64,000 nt of DNA from Antedon mediterranea (Eukaryota > Animalia > Echinodermata). This document shows, piece after piece, positions 51,820 through 61,965 of this stretch. A program made the position numbers and the translations under genes. Below the pieces are notes generated by a model. That model was not told the origin of the DNA and searched no databases. It saw only the letters and a program-made list of their open reading frames with translations. Location of the stretch: positions 26,285,648 to 26,349,647 of the forward strand of contig NC_092673.1 of the NCBI RefSeq assembly GCF_964355755.1, given 5' to 3'. Position 1 is the stretch's first letter. Each line of letters opens with the position of its first letter.

Positions 51820-54432
51820 ATGGCAAACAAACGTACTAGAAATCGTAAAAAATTCAATTACAATGTAAACAGAAGAAAGAAATGGAAAAAAATGACCAAA
51901 CAGCCAACAATATTGTGGTAAATGAAATAAAGTTTGAATACTTATTACACTTTTTAGGCTAGGCCCAGAGAGAGCTATATAGGTAGAACAGGTCCAGGCT
52001 GTTTGAGTCAAGAAGTGTAGTAACTAGGGGGTCTACTAACCCTCTTAGAAACATATCGTCTTAGTAAGTAGTAGCAGTAGACTACCTTTGGTAAGCTCTA
52101 ATAGAGTTTGTGGTAACATTTCAGTGATTTAATTTATCTATTAATATTATACTATTTAATGTTTTTCTCCTGGCTGGTAGTGAACAGATTAAAAAAAACT
52201 GGGACCCAAAAAAGACAGTCAAAAACAACATGAAAGATATGGGGCTTTCGTATGACCCAAATGAATCTGTACCTATGCCAAAGACAAAGGTAAGAACAAT
52301 TGAAATTCTTGATTTTTCATGTGGCAATACATAATATTTACTACGATTAAGAACTGTGTTCTTGATGTTATTATTTATAAGTATTTGTATAAAGTTTGCG
52401 GTACACCACATGTATTAGTTCTGAAAAAAACTGTGGAGTTTCTCGACGTTTCGATCAATATGCTTTGATCGTCCTCAGGAGTGAGAACACAGAAAGTCCA
52501 GGAAACTTTCAAGAAACTCAACAGTTCTTTTCAGAACTAACACGTGGTGTACCGCAAACTTTATATCAACATTTGATTTCGCCATGCAAACCTTCAAACA
52601 GTATATTTATAAGTAATTACTGTTTTAGTTTAATGCATGTTTTTCTTAATTTAGGGACTGTTAATGAAAAAAGTCGGCCTTAATTGTAACAATAACTACT
52701 GGTTTATTTTAGACCAGATCAGTCACTGCAGTAACTACAGCATGTTTTCTCTTTTTATGGATACTTGCAGTAAAATAATTTTTCCATCATCCCTTATTTG
52801 ATTAAAAAAAAACTATTAATCATATTGATTATAAACTTGTTTTTTTTAACAGGATGTGATGAAACCAAAACATTTAAAAGAATCTGAACAAATGGATGTT
52901 GATAATCAGCAGATGAGAAAGAAGAAAAAAACTGACCCAACAAAACTTCATGTTGTTGAAGGTGAAAAAGAAATAATATTTGCCAGTCTATGCGCTGTAC
53001 CTTCTGTACTGCTTATTTACCCAGTAGCTCGAAAAATGGTCAGTTTGTATGTGCTTTGCAGAGGTCGTCTTCAAATGGAAGACAACCTTTTTCCTGGCAT
53101 ATGGCTAATGCACTTGTCAATTGTATGACCGACTATACAACCCCAATGTGTGTAACCATGGTGCACCTATTTTAACACATTGTGACCATGTTGTTCATGA
53201 TATGGCGGGTGAGAAAGTGACGGACATTAACACACCATTGTTAATAATGTGACGTACCATTTAGGTTTTTTGAGGTTTGATGCACCCCTGCGTCAATAAT
53301 TATTAGTAAATGACGGAGTGTAGTGGTCATACAATTGAAAAGTGCATAAAATAACAAGCAATCTTTACTTGGTCAGATTTTTTGCCCTACTCTGATGTAA
53401 TTTGTACTTTATACTAAGTACATTGAGAACACTTGCGGAAAAAATTTGCAAGTAATTCTTGGGTAGGAGTAGGGGCAAAACCAATTACTCAACTCCCTGA
53501 CGCAAAGATAGTCCACAGTAGTGAAACATAATTACAACCAATATTTAGTGATTCTATTTATGTTTCTGAGGAACAATAAATGTCCAAAATGTTGTCCCTA
53601 ATTGGAGACATCTTGGTTTGATAAAGATATATCACCCATGTACTACAAATGAATTGAAACATTACAGTACATATAATCTATCAACCTTATTTTTTTACAG
53701 AATTAGAAGATATATCCAAATTACCTACAAATCCTAAAAACACAATAAGGTTATCTGTGCCTGTCGTTCAGCGTTGTGTTTATATGCTGGATAAGTATGG
53801 AGAGGATTATAAGGTTTGTTTTGGTTATTTGATTTTCATTTATTGGCCTAAATAAAAAACAACATTCAAAAAGAAAAACTTTATTATCTCCAACAATCCG
53901 GAGAAATTATACTCTTGCAATCAAACATACATAAAAAAAATAGATATAAAAATTTAAAAAGAACAATGAAGAAGGTAAACAAAAAAAGTTACCTTTTATG
54001 ATCTTCATTCAAGAAGAAAATACTTTTAGCAACAAAAGAATCACAATAGCTTTTGGTAACAACAGCAAGAACTTCTCATACGTCTACTTCTGAGGATAGT
54101 AGGACTGATCATGAAGGGGATGAAGTTTATCAATGTTAATATGACAAGACAACTGACTCTGTAAAGAGAGTCAACTGAATTCAAGCTTCGTTAAATGCAA
54201 TTGCTCCCCATCCTGTTAAGCAATAACCCCACTAATAACATTTTCAAATTCTGATATCAAACTACAAACAACGTGTATTTTTCAGGCAATGGCAAGAGAT
54301 AAAAAGAACTATTACCAAGAAACACCTAAGCAAATTAAACAGACAATAAACTTGTTTAAGAAGATTCCATCACAGTACAACGAGTACCTAAAATCAAAGG
54401 AAAGTAACCAGGAGGAGAGTATGGAAACATAG
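51820..54432 (+). CDS. NOP16: Nucleolar protein 16, 191 aa
   Basis: Exons 51820-51917, 52181-52289, 52853-52961, 53701-53813, 54286-54432: KFNYNVNRRK..PTILC..IKKNWDPKKTVKNNMKDMGLSYDPN, YMLDKYGEDYKAMARDKKNYYQETPKQI. Confidence 0.96.
52388..52600 (-). mobile_element. Penelope-like element remnant: 55-bp inverted arms around a hammerhead motif
   Basis: Arms 52388-52443 and 52512-52565 are reverse complements; the loop contains the hammerhead motif listed separately. Confidence 0.6.
52442..52481 (-). ncRNA. Minimal type I hammerhead ribozyme motif (Penelope-type)
   Basis: Minus strand CTC-CTGAGGA-C-GATCAA-AGCATA-TTGATC-GAAA-C-GTC-GAG: CUGANGA and GAAA boxes, 6-bp stem II, palindromic ACGT stem III, GUC site, 3-bp stem I. 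Confidence 0.65.
53109..53346. mobile_element. Harbinger-like MITE, NOP16 intron 3
   Basis: TAA-TGCACTTGTCAATTGTATGACC ... GGTCATACAATTGAAAAGTGCA-TAA. Confidence 0.8.
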
Positions 54433-54473
54433 GCGGCATTGCATAGTATGTATGTTGGCTTACAGTTTAAAAT

Positions 54474-54720
54474 GAAAGCTGGAAGGAGGGGTATGAAGAT
54501 ATAGACTGCAGTATCTACATAGAACAGTCAGTGATATGTTGGCACAGTTTATGGTATTTAAAATACTGTAAGACAAAAGGAAAGCTGGAAGGAGGGGTGT
54601 GAAGGCAGAGACTGTACAGTGTCTACATAGAACAGTCGCTGGTATATGGTTATTAGTTTCTCTGGCATTTCAAACAAGATGGAAGGAGGGATGTGCAGAC
54701 TTGTACATAGAATAATCCGT
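54474..54720. repeat. About 105-bp diverged tandem repeat (about 2.5 copies) downstream of the NOP16 stop
   Basis: TGGAAGGAGGG...CTACATAGAACAGTC recurs near 54480, 54586 and 54680. Confidence 0.8.
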
Positions 54721-54806
54721 GGAATCGTAGGTGGTTGGTATTGGTTTTTCTGGCATATCAAACAAGAATGAAGACAACACTGTACTAGGAGATGGGATTC
54801 AAGTTT

Positions 54807-54928
54807 AGCTCTGTCAAACTTTATGCGACAAAATAATGTGATGTGCCCATATATGGACATGTCATATCACTACCATATTTGGGCACATCACACTTTTTTT
54901 GTCGAACTAGTTTGATAGTGCAGACAGA
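54807..54928. mobile_element. MITE family A, internally deleted copy
   Basis: AGCTCTGTC..AAACTTTATG..ATGTGATGTGCCCATATATGGACATG..AGTTTGATAGTGCAGACAGA. Confidence 0.8.
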
Positions 54929-55579
54929 TGTTTTACATCAAAAGATTCTCAAATGTAGAGGGGCCTGATATTAAAAGTATATGCTACCTTTGTCCATCAA
55001 GTTATTCCTGTGGCTATTGTTTTTATCCAATCAGAAACATTTACTATTAATAATTGCTATAACAAATAATACTGACAACAGTTTCATCACATCACCCATT
55101 ATTTATTGCTCCTTATACCAAATTACATTCATTTACGTGATATGTAAATTCCATAGTGAATGTTAAAATATAATACTAGATATACATAGAAAAATAAAGG
55201 AATATAGGCATCCAAACAGACTAGTGGAATCATATTCAATGCATTATTCATTATTTGTATAATTCCTCTGTCCTTGTACACCAACGCAGCATCAGATATA
55301 AAGAGACAATAAAAACTTTTTTTGCAATTAAACTTGTATAATACTGTAATTTGTTGCATTTTTAAAGAAATATACAGAATAAATGTTGGAAGACAAAAAC
55401 AGTAACCACTGATATACATAGATTTTTAAAAACGGCATTAATACCCATTTTAGACATAATTTATTGCACTGTCTTCATTACCTAATAAGAATATTTGTAT
55501 TTTTCGTTATTTGGAAGATAAATGCTCAGCAAAAAGGGCTTGTAAATTGATTTCTAGTCACAAAAACAGTATAAACTGC

Positions 55580-55681
55580 GTGCGGTCGGGGGATAGTTTA
55601 CACAGATACCCAGTAGAAGAGAAAAATGCTGGGTGCGGTCGGGGGCTAGTTTACACAGATACCCAGTAGAAGAGAAAAATG
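55580..55681. repeat. Tandem duplication, 53-bp period
   Basis: GTGCGGTCGGGGG(A/C)TAGTTTACACAGATACCCAGTAGAAGAGAAAAATG occurs twice. Confidence 0.9.
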
Positions 55682-56337
55682 AAACGTACATATAGACATT
55701 GCAGTTGAGAGTAAGTGCCAAACCCTTTTTTTGTCCTTTCTAATAAGTGTGAGACATAATGCCAGTGAAAAAATTGTGCAGTAAAACAATTTAAATACAG
55801 TACTTATATACTTGCAAACTTAATTATATACCTTTTTATACTCCTGCCTAAATAAACAGGCAACTTTAATAAACAGTAAATCTTTGTTGATTACAATTCT
55901 GGGAATTTTTACACAATTTTCATACGGATGATTCCATTACATTTCCTGGGTGATTATTTGTATACATTGCACTAATTATAGTTTGATTAACGTAGTATCA
56001 ATAAGCTTCTTGGCAAGCAATTTTTATTGCAAATTTGTTTAAATCAATACAGTAATTCAATTTTATCTATGATTTATAAACTAATATATTATCTCTAGTA
56101 GGATATACCAACAGTGTTGTTTTCCAGTGAAAATAATGTGGAATCTACTCAAAAGACCACCTATATGTCGTAAATACTAGATGATGTAAGCTTAGCCTAA
56201 ATATGTTTCTAAACTAATAATCGTGCAAATAAAAGATTATTATACAATGTATTGCTATACGGAAAGAAAAGAAAGATTACAATTGATATCATTTTACTTG
56301 AAATAAATTTAATATTTGTTTTCGTGAAATAACTAAA

Positions 56338-59300
56338 TCAACGTTGGATTGGATTAGCCAACTCTTCAATTCTTGGAGGACATCGCCCTCTTTTAGCAGC
56401 TTCACTTACGACAAAGGCATCTGGGTTAAATTGCAAATGATGCATCGTATCGCGCATTATTGGTCGTGCAAGTTCAGTTGTTCTTGAAGTAGCGATGGCT
56501 CGCTTTGCTGACCTTTTAACCTCCCATGCAATCGATCGTGCTGGTAGGTAGCCGTCGACTAAACTCTTTGGTTTTGAAAGTTCTAGTTGTCGAGGCGATA
56601 TTGAGGCTTTCATAACAGAGGAAGATACCTGTTTCAAATAAGAAAAAATACTGAAACTGAGATGGAACTTTATGAGAAATAGACCAGAATCAAGTAAGCT
56701 GGAAGAGACCGTTGCATGTCTGGTAAGGGAGTGGAAAGTGTTGAAGACAAAATGAACAGGAAGTGACCAATGTCTGGAAAGAAAACTGGCTAGAATGGGT
56801 TATAAAGAAGGTGTTTGAAATGGCAAGAAAAGACACCAATTCGTTCTGATTGTCTGAAGGGACAGAGGATTACACATGCATTCAAGTATAGTGCTTTACA
56901 ATTTTAGTATAATTTAGTTTATTTAAATAAATATTAAGCATATAGTTTTATACCCTTTCCACATCTGCAAAATGTAACAAGTTGTAACCAGGTTTGCATA
57001 ATGTGAATTAATACAATTTTGAGAAAAACACTGATATAAATACCCTGGTATTAAACTGACCAATCATAGTAATCAAATAGCGTGCAACTACGCTTTCCTT
57101 CCCAGATTTATCAGGGTTCGCGTATGCGTATAATAAATCGGGATATCAAACCTGGTTACAAGTTGTTACAATTTATACAGATGTGAAAAGGGTATAAAAT
57201 GCTATATATTTTGAATGGAGGTAAATGGCATTTTATGGTTGATAACTTACTGGCCATATAGAATCCCTGAATGGTCCTTGTGAGCGTGCCTTTGGATTGG
57301 CAAGAGTCTCAAGCCTTGCAGATGCCACTGCTCTTTTTGCGGCAGCTCCAACTGTAGTTTCAATCTGGAATAAAAGGCAATTACTTTGAATTCCATGAAA
57401 TAACATGTTAGCTGGGGATATTATTACAGACTGGTTAAGTTAAAACTATAAAGCTGTCTACACTATCAAACTTTATGTGACAAAAAAATGTGATGTGCCC
57501 ATATATGGACATGATGATATTCATAGAACCACCATATTTGGGTATATCACTACCATATTTGGGCACATCACTACCATATTTGGGCACATCACACTTTTTT
57601 GTCACACTAGTTTGATAGTGTAGACAGAGCTTTAGAAGCTCAACTAGTTACTGGCTATTAGCACAGATGGCCGGCCGTGTCAATAGCCTCATGCTTCCTC
57701 AATACATTACCTCACGTGCGGGCAGATAATCCCTATGTGGTGTTTTTGACCGAGCTAACATTTCTAAATGTTCTTTTTCTGCAGCTTGTCTAGCAGCATT
57801 GCTGACGGACCAGATAGGAGACTCTCGTCCACAGCTGAAGGCATGCTTGGCTCTGTATTTTTGAAAAATAATTTTAAGGTGAAATCTAGTATTTTTAATG
57901 AACAAAATTATGATTCTTGGTGATAATATATCTAATCTTATATCCCTTTCAAGTTTCACATCACCTAGTAAAACTCTGGAGTTCACAAACAACAAACACA
58001 CACCATACAAAATGCAGGTGTTGATGCCCTGTGTTTATATTCCATAATTAATCAAAATTTGTAAGTGGCTGATATCCCAGGGTGGGCTTATATTTAAGAC
58101 ACTATGATTAATAATTCATTGAATTATACACATTATGACAATGATTCTCTTACCTGTCCTCTCGATATGCAACAGGAAGTTTCTTAAACTGTGACAGATT
58201 TGTTAATCGTTTGGAGCCATTTGACCTCATTGCTAGTGGGCTCACCTCCAAAATTACAGAGTTCCGCCCACAACTGTACACATGAATGTGTCTGAAAAGA
58301 GGAAGAGGGAAATCATTATTTGTATAGTGTAATGTTAAAATTCTAAAGCTCTGTCTACACTATCAAACTAGTTTGACAAAAAAGGTGTGATGTGGCCAAA
58401 TATGGTAGTAATATGCTTAAATATGGTAGCGAGATGACATCATATCCATATATGGGCACATCACATTTTTTTGTCACATAAAGTTTGAAAAGATAGAGCT
58501 AGATAGAGTATCATCAAGATATATCAAGATAATCCACTACTCTGAAGTGAGCAAGCATTAAAAAATGCACCATGGGCAGAATGTGTAATATAGATGGCAC
58601 TTACTTTTTCCCATCTCCTGGATTTCGAAAGTCTTTCTTTGGAGTTGAGAGCTGAGATAACCGTACAGTTGGTTCAGCATTGAGGGCACCATTTGATAAC
58701 GGCCACATCATTTCTTGGTTTCCCCAAACCAACTTTGGTCTATTTCAAAGAAACATGATGGTGTACATTGATTAGAAATTATCCCCAAAAATGTGAATTT
58801 ATCATTTTATTTTATGATTTATTTTTTATCACAAATTCCAGATCAGGATTCCTCCCAGAGTGTATGATGATTACTGCTGGTGGTTCATCATGCTAACAAT
58901 ACCACACAATCTAAAAATAGTAAGTATAATACAGTAGGTTTGGGTCTGGCTCAGCAGAGTACTGTACTAAATTTTTAGTAGTTACTCAGAAACATTTTAT
59001 TTACAAAGAAAAGTATTTTACTGCCCTCAGGAAAAACTCTTAGGGACCGTTTTATAGAATAATTTAACTTTAAACATTACATCATCACAAACCTTACTTG
59101 CTTTTAAAAAAAATTCAAGAAATATTCATCAATATTCATTAGATTGTTAATAAGTTTTTCCCTATGGCGTTTATATCTCACTTTTTCTATTGACACTCAA
59201 CTAAAAATCTGTGGCCTTTTTTTATAGTTTTTATGTTTTACCAAGTACAATGTAATTTCTTTTGGAAACTCATCTCTTAAGCCCTTTTTTGGCTTACTTG

Positions 59301-61131
59301 AGAATCCACACAATGATTGTAACAAGGTTTGTTTTTTTCTAGAATGAAACAAGGAGAGTACAAAATACAAAAACACCATAGTTAATGAATACGGGTTGGC
59401 TGTAGTTTTTATATATGCCTGGATAATAGGGAAATAAATGAGAGTATCTTACCCAACTGATGTTAGCCAGTTTGACTTGCATGTTTTGGGAGTAGCTAAA
59501 TATATACATCTTTCCCTAAAATAAAGAAATAAGTACCAAATACAAATCAATCAACATTTCAAAAGTTTATGCAAAAAACTAGTAGTATGAAGTTGTTTTG
59601 AGCAACTCTACATTGTAACCAAATATTTGACCCTGCATTTATTTAAGACTAGTGTGCAAGTTGGAATACTACTAGCCTAACAATAACATTATTCAAAATT
59701 TGTATTTAAGCTTTCCTACCGTCCTCTGAGATCCTGATTGTTTCTACTCTGTGGTTCACGATTTATCAAAACTGGAAGATAAAGCAAATCAAAAATGTAA
59801 TGACCAAGACAATAGAATACCCTACAAGAAAAAAAAAGTTTCTTCAGATTCCTTTATGATTTAAACTTATCAATATTACTGCTTATTTCCTTTTATCTCC
59901 CCAAGCTAGATTTTCGGCATAATTATATGTTGCACTTATTTTAATTAATGTGAGGAGCATTGCACACATTTATTATGTTGTAGCAAGACATTAGTAATTT
60001 ACAATTTAAGATAGGACATGAAATTAAGCTTAGCCCTTCATTTCACCATTTTTAGACCCTAATCTCTCCCCCCCCCCCCCCCATCATAATTCCTGGATCC
60101 GCCACTGGATGTTGTAAGTCTGTGATATAAATGCAGGCCTTGACAATTATGGCAATAAAAAAGGTGTTATCAGGTTTGAAAAACAACAAAATTGACATAC
60201 ACCAATCAAAGGTAATTTACAAGGTGTGCTTGGAAACCTTAGAATTGAAAGGGTATCCTGTAACCATGTCTAAATCCAAATATTGATTTGAAGAACTGAT
60301 GCTACAGTATCTCTTTGATAAAACATGTTTAGCTTATTGCTGGTACTAAGGATCTTTTGAACACCAATCAATATTTTAGTAATGCATTGATTAATCAAAG
60401 TTCTTTTATTTAATTGCACTTGAATATTGATCTTTTTTGTATTGTGTTACGTCCATTCCAATTCAACCATTGCGTTAGGCCAGTTATTTTAAACCAGGTT
60501 GGGAAAATAAGATTTGGGACGTCAAATAATCAATGAGTCACTTATTTAAGATTGACTTTATTGTCAAATAATAATAATTTGGTTTCTTCAAGGGGGCGTC
60601 GATAACATTTACAAAAAGGTAAAATTCTAGGCATATGAATGATGTAAAAAGTTGTACGGTAACAACTATACAATATTAATTATTGTCATTTTAACAAAAA
60701 CACATTGTGTGCATTTTTTTCCCACAATTCCTTTCCACTATAGCCTATCATAATTGTGCCATGAAGCTCCTTACAATAATTTGCGATCTGCGATAAACCT
60801 TATTCTATTTATTATCCTACTAGGCCTAGGGCCTAGTATTATTAACAACACTCCGATCCTACTTCTTGGGCTGGACTCCTGAGTCCTAGGGTTTAGGTTC
60901 TACTAGGCATAGTTAGGCGAGGCATATTATTTTATAGGCTAGGCCTAGGGCCAGGCGCGCCTACCTAGAGAGGGCCTCTAACTAGGCCTATAGGCTCTAG
61001 CCTAGGCTCTAGCTACTCTATCTAGCTCGGGCCAGGCCTAACTAAAAAAAGCCCTTTTGGGCCTTTTTACATAGCGGCTAGGCCTATGTCTAGCTTATTA
61101 ATTAGGTCTTTTTACCTTCAACATCCGCCAT
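56338..61131 (-). CDS. THEG-repeat protein (testicular haploid expressed / sperm microtubule-associated protein 2-like), about 316 aa
   Basis: Exons 61131-61116, 59771-59720, 59515-59453, 58739-58605, 58291-58154, 57852-57711, 57364-57251, 56628-56338 are phase-compatible. Repeats of W.VS..A..A..S.RL..LA.PK, plus WGNQEMMWPLS and SCGRESPIW. THEG versus THEGL not resolvable. Confidence 0.9.
56951..57194. mobile_element. MITE with long TIRs in the last intron of the THEG-like gene
   Basis: TACCCTTTCCACATCTG..TGTAACAAGTTGTAACCAGGTTTG ... CAAACCTGGTTACAAGTTGTTACA..CAGATGTGAAAAGGGTA; TTA/TAA flanks. Confidence 0.8.
57452..57631. mobile_element. MITE family A copy
   Basis: Same TIRs and internal CACTACCATATTTGGG subrepeats as 4704-4863. 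Confidence 0.88.
58347..58500. mobile_element. MITE family A copy, opposite orientation, damaged right end
   Basis: AGCTCTGTCTACACTATCAAACTAGTTTGACAAAAAAGGTGTGATGTGG...CATATATGGGCACATCACATTTTTTTGTCACATAAAGTTTGA. Confidence 0.85.
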
Positions 61132-61561
61132 GCTCACTGTTAAATACTATATTATAAATGCATTATAAAATTAACATTCTGTAGGGCTATTTACACACGT
61201 CCTTTTCCCGTCGATAGTGGACGTGTCGTGTGTGTTGTGGAGGGAGATGACAACTTTTCTAGCTCTCTCAGCTGCTGCTTAATCCCCTTGGATACAGGAC
61301 GCGCGGTCTTAGATACCACCAACCCGCCGCGCGTGAAGTATACTAATTGTAGAGGGCGCTATAGTTGATACATACACAGAGAGCCATATAATATATGGCT
61401 CTGTACATACACCACCTCCATTTAGTACTAATAATTAAATTCACAAAAATCGGATTTGGAAAAAAAAAATTACCCAATCAATTATTGAGTAATTTAAAGT
61501 ATAAAAAATCAGATACCAAGAGATAGACTCTCAAATTTGTATCCATTATTTTACGTGGTAG

Positions 61562-61665
61562 ATGCATCCATTACACCCATGGAGTAAACTCCATGCATCC
61601 ATTACACCCATGGAGTAAACTCCATGCATCCATTACACCCATGGAGTAAACTCCATGATTACACC
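61562..61665. repeat. 31-bp tandem repeat, about 3.3 copies, with internal palindrome
   Basis: Unit ATGCATCCATTACACCCATGGAGTAAACTCC; contains CATGGAGT-AA-ACTCCATG. Confidence 0.92.
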
Positions 61666-61965
61666 ACAATGGTCACAGCAACATTTTTATATCCCCTGTA
61701 AAATTTTCCATTCTTTTTTATTATTTCAACAATATTTTACGAGGTAGATGAAAAATAAAAAATAATCATTCATGTTTGAAACAACAGTTACGGTAATAAA
61801 AAACGAAACCTAAGCATACAAAAATTGTAAATTCAAATTACTTTTTATTTGTAGTGTTGCAGTTCCTGGAGTTTACATTTGCAATAGACTCACTGCATCT
61901 TTGCAAGCCATGATTACGGTATTATAATTTATACAATGTTTTAGCGCACATTGTCAATGTATTTA

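Noticed and set aside
60201-60270. Possible additional THEG-like exon
   Set aside because: Contains an in-frame stop in the required phase; the model is complete without it. An alternative first exon cannot be excluded but is unsupported.
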